Shown in pieces: positions 30,551 to 39,339 of a stretch of DNA of 64,000 nucleotides. Made by a program: the position numbers and the translations under genes. Under the pieces are notes generated by a model, which ran no database searches, was not told where the DNA came from, and saw only the letters and a program-made list of their open reading frames with translations. The stretch comes from Leptospiria bacterium (GTDB lineage: Bacteria; Spirochaetota; Leptospiria; Turneriellales; CBDBES01), in the NCBI GenBank assembly GCA_965204465.1, contig OZ241995.1:1087839-1151838 (forward strand). The letters are read 5' to 3'. Position 1 is the first letter of the stretch. Each line of letters opens with the position of its first letter.

Positions 30551-31431
30551 AAATGCTCCACTTTCAGGCCATAATATGATTCCATGGCATTTGATAACGT
30601 GGAGCGATGGCAAAAATGATGGTCATTCTCAAAACAGGTAAGAGCGATTCTTTTATTCTCTTTAAACGTAGTATGAATTAAATCAAATTTATCCTTTTTT
30701 TTTAAAACATTTTTTTTATACCTTGAAAATAACTCTTCATAACTTTTTTTGTTAACCAGGTTATTTCTCAACTGACGATCAATACCAAGTTCAGGAATAT
30801 GAATATATTCTTTATTGAGATCATTACAGTATCCTTCAAGTGTTTTTTTTGAAAACCCATATTTCATGCTCACAGGGTTTCTTCTAACATCACATAGTAA
30901 TGAAATATTGTTTTCTATTAATAGGTTTAGATATTCATCGATGCTTCGATTTTCATAGCCTATAGAAAACAAAGTCTCTTCACTTTTCGAATCGATCTTC
31001 ATTTTTGCATCATCAACCAATTTTTTTTCTTCTGCATCTAGATTTCTCTTAATGTTGATGGCCATATAGGGGTAAGATTGATAAACCCTGGAAATAAGAT
31101 AGGATGTACTATGAATATTTTCTTCTTTAAATATTTTTAAAATAATACTTTGATCTTTTGCTTTTAATTGATCAAAATAATTTATATTCGTTTTTTTAAG
31201 GACCCATTTATTCTTTTCATTTTCTAATAAATGGTAAAAATCACTAAGTAAGGTCATGTCTTTATTTGCTTGGAATGAAAAACAGCCATACTTATAGGGG
31301 ATAAAATCAAAAAGTGGTTTTTCTTGAATTTGGCAAATTAAAAAAAGTACCTTCTGAAAATTTAATTTTCCCAAATTTTTTTTTCTAGTTTTTTCCAATA
31401 TTGACAAGAGTAATTTTCTGCGATAATACAT
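30547..31431 (-). CDS. DUF488-domain protein with an uncharacterised ~150-aa N-terminal domain
   Basis: C-terminal half: FSIGYENRSIDEYLNLL...LLCDVRRNPVSMKYGFSKKTL...ALTCFENDHHFCHRS, the DUF488 pattern. Confidence 0.75.
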   Translation of the reverse strand: MYYRRKLLLSILEKTRKKNLGKLNFQKVLFLICQIQEKPLFDFIPYKYGCFSFQANKDMTLLSDFYHLLENEKNKWVLKKTNINYFDQLKAKDQSIILKIFKEENIHSTSYLISRVYQSYPYMAINIKRNLDAEEKKLVDDAKMKIDSKSEETLFSIGYENRSIDEYLNLLIENNISLLCDVRRNPVSMKYGFSKKTLEGYCNDLNKEYIHIPELGIDRQLRNNLVNKKSYEELFSRYKKNVLKKKDKFDLIHTTFKENKRIALTCFENDHHFCHRSTLSNAMESYYGLKVEHL

Positions 31432-31948
31432 CCAGATTTCTATCCGTTTTCTAAAGCTCTTAAATTCCCTAACAGTCCGAGGTAAAAGACTTTCGTCTCT
31501 ATTTCTAATACTTCAAAATACTTAAAGGCACTTTGGTATTACATGTCTCATTTTGGGTCAGTCTTGCGACTATGAATATTATTATTGCCTTTTACCTCAA
31601 TAATAAAATAGTATTTATTCATTATCATTTCGCATTTCTTTTTTACAATTCCAGTATAATTGGCCTATTTCTCAATCTTCTATCATGAGTGTACTTCTTT
31701 ATTTGCATCATCAATAAAACGATAACTAAACTTATATGGCAATTTTTTTACAATTTTAATTTCCCTTTGCATTTCTTCAAATAACTTTAATTGTTTATTT
31801 TCATCTTTTATTGCATTTAATTTTACTTGATCCCATTCCTTCTCGTCATTTTTTATTATCATGTCAAGAATCTTTTGGGCTTGAATTAATAATAACCCTT
31901 CCTGAAATTACATGATCTTTACGATTTAGAAAGTAATAAACTTACTTC

Positions 31949-32254
31949 TTGTTCACCTAAAGGGCACTGCGCTGGCAGTTGCACTGCTAGCTTAGCATTT
32001 CTTTTCACCCAAGGGCACTGCGCTGGCAGTTGCACTGCTAGCTTAGCATTTCTTTTCACCCAAGGGCACTGCGCTGGCAGTTATACTGCTAGCTTAGCAT
32101 TTCTTTTCACCCAAGGGCACTGCGCTAGCAGTTGTACTGCCAGCTTAGCATTTCTTTTCACCCAAGGGCACTGCGCTAGCAGTTGCACTGCTAGCTTAGC
32201 ATTTCTTTTCACCCAAGGGCACTGCGCTAGCAGTTGCACTGCTAGCTTAGCATT
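31949..32254 (+). repeat. Array R1: about 6 tandem copies of a 51-bp GC-rich hairpin unit
   Basis: Unit TTCACCCAAGGGCACTGCGCTGGCAGTTGCACTGCTAGCTTAGCATTTCTT. Unit starts at 31960, 32011, 32062, 32113, 32164 and 32215 give a strict 51-bp period with no spacers. Confidence 0.95.
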
Positions 32255-32278
32255 CTATTCTCTTACTAACCTCTCTCT

Positions 32279-32503
32279 GTGTCATTCACCAGAGAAGAAA
32301 TAGACGAATTCTACAATACATTCAAAGAAGCCTATCTGGCTCTAGCCAGCGGAGTAAAATCCTATACGATAAACACAGGAACCAGTAGCAGGTCCGTAAG
32401 CAGAGCAGATTTACCAGAAATAAAAAAGGAAATGATGTACTGGTCTAAAATGCGCAATCCGTCAGGTGACATAGAAACCATTCAGATAGAACCCAAACTA
32501 TAA
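32279..32503 (+). CDS. Lambda gpW-like head-tail joining protein homolog (copy 1)
   Basis: 74 aa, GTG start 24 nt after R1. TREE...EAYLALASGVKSYTINTGTSSRSVSRADLPEIKKEM aligns with lambda gpW (TRQEE...[31 protein letters not shown]). The stop overlaps the next ATG (TAATG), as at phage W-B junctions. Confidence 0.7.
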   Translation: MSFTREEIDEFYNTFKEAYLALASGVKSYTINTGTSSRSVSRADLPEIKKEMMYWSKMRNPSGDIETIQIEPKL

Positions 32504-33072
32504 TGATCATTACGCATATAAAGACATACTGGAATAGATTAAGGAATATAGTAACAGGATATTATGACGCAGGACGCCGTGACATACCCTCTGTAAAGTC
32601 ATGGCAACCCAAACTATTGACCGCAGATGAAGAATACATCAAAGACTATGATCTCATAAGAGCAAGAAGTAGGGACTTAGTGCGTAACAACCATCTGAAT
32701 GTAAATAAGATCAAGGGCCAGTTATTTAGTTTTTTGCGATCAGAGGACAAGAATATGGCTGGTTATATGTCCTTTCCTGTTCAATACACACAGGAATATT
32801 ATAAGCAGCTTACGGTAGAGACATTGATCAAATCCAAAGACAGGCATGGTTTTTATCGCTATGAGTACAAAAAAGTAAGAGACAGGAATGAGGTTTTAGA
32901 TTGTACAGTATATGCAAGAGCCGCATCGATCCACCTGGGAGTCGATCATTTTACAGACCTTCAGTGGGACTATCTTAAAAAGAAAATCTTAGAAAGTAAA
33001 ACAGGATCCCTATATCATAAAAGACAAAGTTCTGCACGTGTTCAGGTCATCTCTGAAGGGATTGACGTATAA
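32503..33072 (+). CDS. Chimeric ORF: lambda-family portal N-terminal segment fused to terminase large subunit (GpA) C-terminal segment (copy 1, intact frame)
   Basis: aa ~20-70: YYDAGRRD..SVKSWQP..TADEE...IRARSRDLVRNN matches portal gpB (LRSWNP...ARADDLVRNN). aa ~85-175: GYMSFPVQYTQEYYKQLTVE...RDRNEVLDCTVYARAASIHLG matches the gpA C-terminus (GAVHFP...QQLTAEE...RRNEALDCFVYALAAL). Confidence 0.65.
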   Translation: MIITHIKTYWNRLRNIVTGYYDAGRRDIPSVKSWQPKLLTADEEYIKDYDLIRARSRDLVRNNHLNVNKIKGQLFSFLRSEDKNMAGYMSFPVQYTQEYYKQLTVETLIKSKDRHGFYRYEYKKVRDRNEVLDCTVYARAASIHLGVDHFTDLQWDYLKKKILESKTGSLYHKRQSSARVQVISEGIDV

Positions 33073-33400
33073 CAGACAAAGAGTCATAAAACAGGCAAAA
33101 CCATTGATTTTCTGGAAAAAAATCCTCACCAATTGGCACCAGATCAATTCTTTTTTGCATTAAGGTATAACTGGGTTAGAACGAAAACAGAATGCGACAC
33201 AGGGATTTTTTATTTTTTTATTAACCATCATATGTATTTATTGAAGGTGTAGGAAGTTTTTTTAAATTTTTTTGTTGACAGAATATCAAATAATAATCAT
33301 TGACTTGGATTAGACAAGCTAGCCCTAAAATTAATAAGGCTTTTGTCTTACTCTAATATCAAATAAACAAAAAGCAACAGAGTTCAGGAGGATAGTTTTT
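33073..33400 (+). promoter_or_regulatory. Conserved upstream block U1 (promoter/leader module shared by the cassettes)
   Basis: Near-identical to 35681-36026, 39340-39781 and 44401-44579. Contains TTGACA (33275-33280) and TTGACT (33300-33305) -35-like hexamers; the -10 is ambiguous. Has one 51-bp leader unit and AGGAGG (33386-33391) 9 nt before the ATG. Confidence 0.4.
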
Positions 33401-34510
33401 ATGAACAATAGTAAAAAATTTATGCCCCAAAAGTGGTTGATCATATTTTTGATGCCGTTCACTCTTTTGAGGCTTGGTTGTAGCGCTGACTCAGCTAAAT
33501 CTACGGAAAGTCCAATTAATCTGGCTCCTCCGGTTCATGAGACCATACAGGTCACCTCTCCTCCCGACGGTAGTTCCTTTGCAAAGGGAGAGAATATCGT
33601 CTTTAAATTGCAGAAAAAAGATGACAGGGATATTCGAGGGTTGAATGTTTATTTAGATGATAAAAAGGTAGATGTTAGGCATGGTGAGATGTTACCTGAA
33701 GTTTCACCAGGTGAGCATAAACTAAGGTTGGCCATAAACAACAAAACGTTAGATGAGGTGAATTTTACTGTAAAGAAATTGCCTGATGAATCAATGGAAT
33801 ATACGTTCAAATTCAAATTCAGTTACTTAAGAAGGCCATTCGATAATCTAAACTATCATCTGTTTCCAAGTGCCTGCTTACCTAGAGAAGGTATTCAAAC
33901 GAGGCTCACAAAGCAAGATGATTCCGAATGGAAAGACTTTTTACCCAATATATTCACCATGAGCAAGGAATGGAATGCCTTAACTGCTTCCTGGCAAGAG
34001 GGATGGAAAAAATATAGGCACCCTCCCTGTCTCTTGAATAGGGATAAGGCGCATGCAAATGAAGTCTTTATTGATTTCCATATAAAGGCAAACAGAAACA
34101 AGCATCTTTCTAAACCAATACGAATCAATTTTGAATATGACAGAGCATCGCTTCGTCTTAGAACCAGGCTTTTGATCCGTTCTATTTCAGAAATGCGAGA
34201 AATTCTGGGTATTAGGGACAGTATACCCAGAAGCTATCGCATAGATTTCTCAAAAAAGAGCATTCTGATTCTAAATGGTGTGCGTCTTGCCGCCACATCC
34301 GCGTTCTCGGGTTGTAATATAGTTTCTATCTATGACAACCTTGCTGCTATTTACGAATGGAATAATAAACTATACGTTATGACAAAGGCCGTAAAAGAAG
34401 AAGTATTATATGGCGTAGGCTTTTGTTTTGCAATGCTCGAAGGCTTCCATACCATCCTCATTCTTGATTACGCCAAAGACCTTCCTGTAGAGTTTATAGA
34501 GATTCCGTAG
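33401..34510 (+). CDS. Island lipoprotein paralog P1
   Basis: Signal peptide with lipobox-like LLRLGC. Ig-like N-terminal domain (VTSPPDGSSFAKGENIVF). Conserved core ACLP.EGIQTRLTKQDDSEWKDFLPNIFTMSKEWNALT. Family C-terminus DYAKDLPVEFIEIP. Strong RBS. Confidence 0.85.
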   Translation: MNNSKKFMPQKWLIIFLMPFTLLRLGCSADSAKSTESPINLAPPVHETIQVTSPPDGSSFAKGENIVFKLQKKDDRDIRGLNVYLDDKKVDVRHGEMLPEVSPGEHKLRLAINNKTLDEVNFTVKKLPDESMEYTFKFKFSYLRRPFDNLNYHLFPSACLPREGIQTRLTKQDDSEWKDFLPNIFTMSKEWNALTASWQEGWKKYRHPPCLLNRDKAHANEVFIDFHIKANRNKHLSKPIRINFEYDRASLRLRTRLLIRSISEMREILGIRDSIPRSYRIDFSKKSILILNGVRLAATSAFSGCNIVSIYDNLAAIYEWNNKLYVMTKAVKEEVLYGVGFCFAMLEGFHTILILDYAKDLPVEFIEIP

Positions 34511-34604
34511 TCTGTATTTCTCTGGAAAAGCCTACCATTGTATTTTGATCAAAGACAAGCCTAAAAATAGTGGCTTGGCAAGAGAGGATGATCCTGATCA
34601 CCCC

Positions 34605-34862
34605 TTGTTCACCCAAAGGGCACTGCACTGGCGGTTATACTGCCAGCTTAGCATTTCTTTTCACCCAGAGGGCACTGCGCTGGCAGTTGCACTGCTAGCT
34701 TAGCATTTCTTTTCACCCAAGGGCACTGCGCTGGCAGTTGCACTGCTAGCTTAGCATTTCTTTTCACCCAAGGGCACTGCGCTGGCAGTTGCACTGCTAG
34801 CTTAGCATTTCTTTTCACCCAAGGGCACTGCGCTAGCAGTTGCACTGCTAGCTTAGCATTTC
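34605..34862 (+). repeat. Array R2: about 5 copies of the 51-bp unit
   Basis: Same unit and orientation as R1. The first unit is the variant ...GGCACTGCACTGGCGGTTATACTGCC... Confidence 0.95.
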
Positions 34863-34884
34863 TTTCTCTTACTAACCTCTCTCT

Positions 34885-35109
34885 GTGTCATTCACCAGAG
34901 AAGAAATAGACGAATTCTACAATACATTCAAAGAAGCCTATCTGGCCTTAGCCAGCGGAGTAAAATCCTATACCATAAACACAGGAACCAGTAGCAGATC
35001 CGTAAACAGAGCGGATCTTCCAGAAATAAAAAAGGAAATGATGTACTGGTCTAAAATGCGCAATCCGTCAGGTGACATAGAAGCCATTCAGATAGAACCC
35101 AAACTATAA
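34885..35109 (+). CDS. gpW-like protein homolog (copy 2)
   Basis: Differs from copy 1 at 2 of 74 residues (S40N, T65A). Confidence 0.7.
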   Translation: MSFTREEIDEFYNTFKEAYLALASGVKSYTINTGTSSRSVNRADLPEIKKEMMYWSKMRNPSGDIEAIQIEPKL

Positions 35110-35680
35110 TGATCATTGCACATAAAATAAAGACATACTGGAATAGATTAAGGAATATAGTAACAGGATATTATGACGCAGGGCGTCGTGACTACCCTCT
35201 GTAAAATCATGGCAACCAAAACTATTGACCGCAGATGAAGAATACATAAAAGACTATGATCTCATAAGAGCAAGAAGCAGGGACTTAGTGCGTAACAACC
35301 ATCTGAATGTAAATAAGATCAAGGGCCAGTTATTTAGTTTTTTGCGATCAGAGGACAAGAATATGGCTGGTTATATGTCCTTTCCTGTTCAATACACACA
35401 GGAATATTATAAGCAGCTTACAGCAGAGACATTGATCAAATCCAAAGACAGGCATGGTTTCTATCGCTATGAGTACAAAAAAGTAAGAGACAGGAATGAG
35501 GTTTTAGATTGTACAGTATATGCAAGAGCCGCATCGATCCACCTGGGAGTCGATTATTTTACAGACCTTCAGTGGGACTATCTTAAAAAGAAAATCTTAG
35601 AAAGTAAAACAGGATCCCTATATCATGAAAGACAAAGTTCTGCACGTGTTCAGGTCATCTCTGAAGGGATTGACGTATAA
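35109..35680 (+). pseudogene. Portal-N::terminase-C chimeric ORF, copy 2, frameshifted
   Basis: A 1-nt deletion relative to copy 1 (GACATACCC becomes GACTACCC) gives TAA at 35202-35204. The track ORF 35225..35680 is the downstream remainder. Confidence 0.7.
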
Positions 35681-36026
35681 CAGACAAAGAGTCATAAAAC
35701 AGGCAAAACCATTGATTTTCTGGAAAAAAATCCTCACCAATTGGCACCAGATCAATTCTTTTTTGCATTAAGGTAACTGGGTTAGAACGAAAACAGAATG
35801 CGACACAGGGATTTTTTATTTTTTTATTAACCATCATATGTATTTATTGAAGGTGTAGGAAATTTTTTTTAATTTTTTTTACTTTTTTTAAATTTTTTTG
35901 TTGACAGAATATCAAATAATAATCATTGACTTGGAAAAGACAGGCTAGCCCTAAAATTAATAAGGCTTTTGTCTTACTCTAATAGCAAATAAATAAAAAG
36001 CAACAGAGTTCAGGAGGATAGTTTTT
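35681..36026 (+). promoter_or_regulatory. Conserved upstream block U2
   Basis: Same block as U1. TTGACA at 35901-35906, an extra T-rich duplication, and AGGAGG-N9-ATG. Confidence 0.4.
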
Positions 36027-37097
36027 ATGAACAACAGTAAAGAATTTATGCCCCAAAAGTGGTTGATCGTATTTTTGGTGCCTCTTGCTCTTTTATGGCT
36101 TGGTTGCACTGATGAAGCCAATACCCCCAATGAGACGAATAAAACTCAAAGGGAAGCGGGCATTAAATCCCCTGCAAATGGCAGTTCTTTTTCAAAAGGA
36201 GAAGATATTTCATTTCAATTAAGTAAAACGGATTTGGATATGCAAGGCATAGATCTTTATCTGGATAGGCGAAAAATTGATATTCATCAAGGGGATATGC
36301 TACCTGAACTTTCAGTAGGTGAGCATAAACTAAGGTTGGACATAAGCAACAAAACGGTGGATGAGGTGATTTTTACTGTAAAGAAATTGCCTGATGAATC
36401 AATGGAATATATGTTCAGGTTCAAATTCAGTTCTTTAAAGGGGGATGGTTACCTATATCCAAGTGCCTGTTTACCTAAGAAAGGTATTCAAACGAGGCTC
36501 ACAAAACAAGATGATTCCGAATGGAAAGATTTTTTACCCAATATATTCACCATGAGCAAGGAATGGAATGCCCTGACTGCTTCCTGGCAAGAGGGAAGGG
36601 GAGAATATGGCCCCCCTCCCTGTCTCTTGAATAGGGATAAGGTGCATGCAAATGAAGTTTTTATTGACTTCTATATAAAGGCAAACAGAAGCAAGCATCT
36701 TTCTAAACCAATAAGGATCAATTTTGAATCTAACAGGAGTTCACTTGGTCGTAGAGCCGGGCTTTTGATCCGCTCTATTTCAGAAATGCGAGAAATTCTG
36801 GGTATTAGGGACAGTATACCCAGAAGCTATCGCATAGATTTCTCAAAAAAGAGTATTCTGACTCTAAGTTATTTTCGTGTCGTACCCGAGTCAGGAGGTT
36901 GTCATCTAACTTCTATTTATGACAACCTTACTGCCATTTACGAATGGAATAATAAATTGTACGTTATGACGAAGGCCGTAACAAATGAAATCGTATATCC
37001 TGAAGGCCCTTGTTTTGCAATTTTGACAGGCTTCAGTAGAAGCCTAATTCTTGATTACGCCAAAGACCTTCCTGTAGAGTTTATAGAGATTCCGTAG
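36027..37097 (+). CDS. Island lipoprotein paralog P2 (patchwork of P4-like and P1-like segments)
   Basis: The signal peptide plus TDEANTPNETNKTQREAGIKSPANG... matches P4. VKKLPDESMEY and LLIRSISEMREILGIRDSIPRSYRIDF match P1. Confidence 0.85.
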   Translation: MNNSKEFMPQKWLIVFLVPLALLWLGCTDEANTPNETNKTQREAGIKSPANGSSFSKGEDISFQLSKTDLDMQGIDLYLDRRKIDIHQGDMLPELSVGEHKLRLDISNKTVDEVIFTVKKLPDESMEYMFRFKFSSLKGDGYLYPSACLPKKGIQTRLTKQDDSEWKDFLPNIFTMSKEWNALTASWQEGRGEYGPPPCLLNRDKVHANEVFIDFYIKANRSKHLSKPIRINFESNRSSLGRRAGLLIRSISEMREILGIRDSIPRSYRIDFSKKSILTLSYFRVVPESGGCHLTSIYDNLTAIYEWNNKLYVMTKAVTNEIVYPEGPCFAILTGFSRSLILDYAKDLPVEFIEIP

Positions 37098-37148
37098 CCC
37101 GTATTTTGATCAAAGACAAGCCTAAAAATAGTGGCTTGGCAAGAGAGG

Positions 37149-38225
37149 ATGATTTTAATAAAGAAGATGATACGAAATATTCTGTTTACCTTTCTGTTAC
37201 TACCTTATTTTTTAGGGTTTAGTTGCACAGACAACTCCAATATTGCTGATAACAATTCAGACGAATATGATGTGGTTCCTCAAAGGGAAGCGGGCATTAA
37301 ATCCCCTGCAAATGGTAGTTCTTTTTCAAAAGGAGAAGATATTTCATTTCAATTAAGTAAAACGGATTTGGATATGCAAGGCATAGATCTTTATCTGGAT
37401 AGACGAAAAATTGATATTCATCAAGGGGATATGCTACCTGAACTTTCAGTAGGTGAGCATAAACTAAGGTTGGACATAAACAACAAAACGGTGGATGAGG
37501 TAACCTTTAATGTAACAGAAGCGGAATATACGTTCAGATTCAAATTCAGTTATTTAAATGCGGATGGTGGCCTATATCCAAGTGCCTGTTTACCTAAGAA
37601 AGGTATTCAAACGAGGCTCACAAAACAAGATGATTCCGAATGGAAAGATTTTTTGCCAAATATATTCACCATGAGTAAGGAATGGAATGCCTTAACTACT
37701 TCCTGGCAAGAGGGAAGGGAAGAATATGGCCCCCCTCCCTGTCTCTTGAATGAAGATAAGGCGCATGCAAATGAAGTTTTTATTGACTTCTATATAAAGG
37801 CAAATAAAAGTAAGCATCTTTCTAAGTCAATATGGATCAATTTTGAATATCGTAGAATATCGCGTTATAATAATTTTAAGGCCGGGCTTTTGATCCGTTC
37901 TCTTTCAGAAATGCAAGAACTTCTGGGTTATCGTAACAGGATACCCGAAAGATATCGTATAGATTTTTCAAAAAAGAGTATTTTGACTCTAAAGGGCCCT
38001 ACTATTGATGGATGCGAAATCAGTGGTTGTGGTTTCGCTTCTGCTTATGACATCCTTGCCGCCATTTACGAGTGGAATAATAAATTATACATTATGACAA
38101 AAGTCGCACCAAAAGAAATATTATATCCCGTGGGTCCTTGTACTGCATGCTTGCAAGGTTCCAATGCCATCCTAATTCTGGATTACGCCAAAGACCTTCC
38201 CTTAGAGTTCATAGAGATTCCGTAG
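37149..38225 (+). CDS. Island lipoprotein paralog P3 (own signal peptide, no upstream U block)
   Basis: MILIKKMIRNILFTFLLLPYFLGFSC signal/lipobox. The start is ambiguous (37131 GTG, 37149 or 37167 ATG). The 5' end is built on a truncated copy of the conserved 3' flank of P2. From QREAGIK onward it is almost identical to P4. Confidence 0.8.
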   Translation: MILIKKMIRNILFTFLLLPYFLGFSCTDNSNIADNNSDEYDVVPQREAGIKSPANGSSFSKGEDISFQLSKTDLDMQGIDLYLDRRKIDIHQGDMLPELSVGEHKLRLDINNKTVDEVTFNVTEAEYTFRFKFSYLNADGGLYPSACLPKKGIQTRLTKQDDSEWKDFLPNIFTMSKEWNALTTSWQEGREEYGPPPCLLNEDKAHANEVFIDFYIKANKSKHLSKSIWINFEYRRISRYNNFKAGLLIRSLSEMQELLGYRNRIPERYRIDFSKKSILTLKGPTIDGCEISGCGFASAYDILAAIYEWNNKLYIMTKVAPKEILYPVGPCTACLQGSNAILILDYAKDLPLEFIEIP

Positions 38226-38294
38226 CCCGTATTTTGATCAAAGACAAGCCTAAAAATAGTGGCTTGGCAAGAGAGGATGATCCTGATTCACCCC

Positions 38295-38524
38295 TTGTTC
38301 ACCCAAAGGACACTGCACTGGCAGTTGCACTGCTAGCTTAGCATTTCTTTTCACCCAAGGGCACTGCGCTAGCAGTTGCACTGCTAGCTTAGCATTTCTT
38401 TTCATTTCTTAATGCTGCTTCTTAGCTAATGTTAGCATTCTTATTTGTTCACCCAAGGGCACTGCACTAGCAGTTGCACTGCTAGTTTAGTATTTCTTAA
38501 TGAAATTTTTATTTACAGCATTCT
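38295..38524 (+). repeat. Array R3: about 3 degenerate copies of the 51-bp unit, interrupted by AT-rich insertions
   Basis: Two good units (38295-38400), then interrupted or decayed units ending in ...AGCATTCTATTCTCTTAC, as in R1. Confidence 0.85.
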
Positions 38525-38546
38525 ATTCTCTTACTAACCTCTCTCT

Positions 38547-38771
38547 GTGTCATTCACCAGAGAAGAAATAGACGAATTCTACAATACATTCAAAGAAGCC
38601 TATCTGGCTCTAGCCAGCGGAGTAAAATCCTATACGATAAACACCGGAACCAGTAGCAGGTCCGTAAGCAGAGCAGATTTACCAGAAATAAAAAAGGAAA
38701 TGATGTACTGGTCTAAAATGCGCAATCCGTCAGGTGACATAGAAACCATTCAGATAGAACCCAAACTATAA
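38547..38771 (+). CDS. gpW-like protein homolog (copy 3)
   Basis: Protein identical to copy 1. Confidence 0.7.
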   Translation: MSFTREEIDEFYNTFKEAYLALASGVKSYTINTGTSSRSVSRADLPEIKKEMMYWSKMRNPSGDIETIQIEPKL

Positions 38772-39339
38772 TGATCATTACGCATATAAAGACATACTGG
38801 AATAGATTAAGGAATATAGTAACAGGATATTATGACGCAGGACGTCGTGACTACCCTCTGTAAAGTCATGGCAACCCAAACTATTGACCGCAGATGAAGA
38901 ATACATCAAAGACTATGATCTCATAAGAGCAAGAAGTAGGGACTTAGTGCGTAACAACCATCTGAATGTAAATAAGATCAAGGGCCAGTTATTTAGTTTT
39001 TTGCGATCAGAGGACAAGAATATGGCTGGTTATATGTCCTTTCCTGTTCAATACACACAGGAATATTATAAGCAGCTTACGGTAGAGACATTGATCAAAT
39101 CCAAAGACAGGCATGGTTTTTATCGCTATGAGTACAAAAAAGTAAGAGACAGGAATGAGGTTTTAGATTGTACAGTATATGCAAGAGCCGCATCGATCCA
39201 CCTGGGAGTCGATCATTTTACAGACCTTCAGTGGGACTATCTTAAAAAGAAAATCTTAGAAAGTAAAACAGGATCCCTATATCATGAAAGACAAAGTTCT
39301 GCACGTGTTCAGGTCATCTCTGAAGGGATTGACGTATAA
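38771..39339 (+). pseudogene. Portal-N::terminase-C chimeric ORF, copy 3, frameshifted
   Basis: Same 1-nt deletion as copy 2, giving TAA at 38861-38863. The remainder is ORF 38884..39339. Confidence 0.7.

Noticed and set aside
31949-32254. The 51-bp arrays (also 34605-34862, 43709-44035 and others) as CRISPR arrays
   Set aside because: The units abut each other with a strict 51-bp period and no unique spacers. No cas genes are nearby. This is a tandem repeat, not a repeat-spacer array.
34648-34845. ORFs running through the arrays (34648..34845 and 43804..43989 on the minus strand; 42635..42820 on the plus strand), encoding 17-aa repeats such as AQCPWVKRNAKLAVQLP and FTQGHCAGSCTASLAFL
   Set aside because: 51 is 3 x 17, so any stop-free frame of the unit stays open across an array. 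Frames are open on both strands. There is no RBS and no consistent start, and array lengths vary. These are most likely non-coding.
38138-38341. ORFs 38138..38341 and 45557..45760, spanning the lipoprotein 3' ends into the arrays
   Set aside because: They are alternative-frame read-throughs of P3/P4 and the conserved 3' block. They have no RBS, and their sequence similarity is explained by the underlying DNA repeat.
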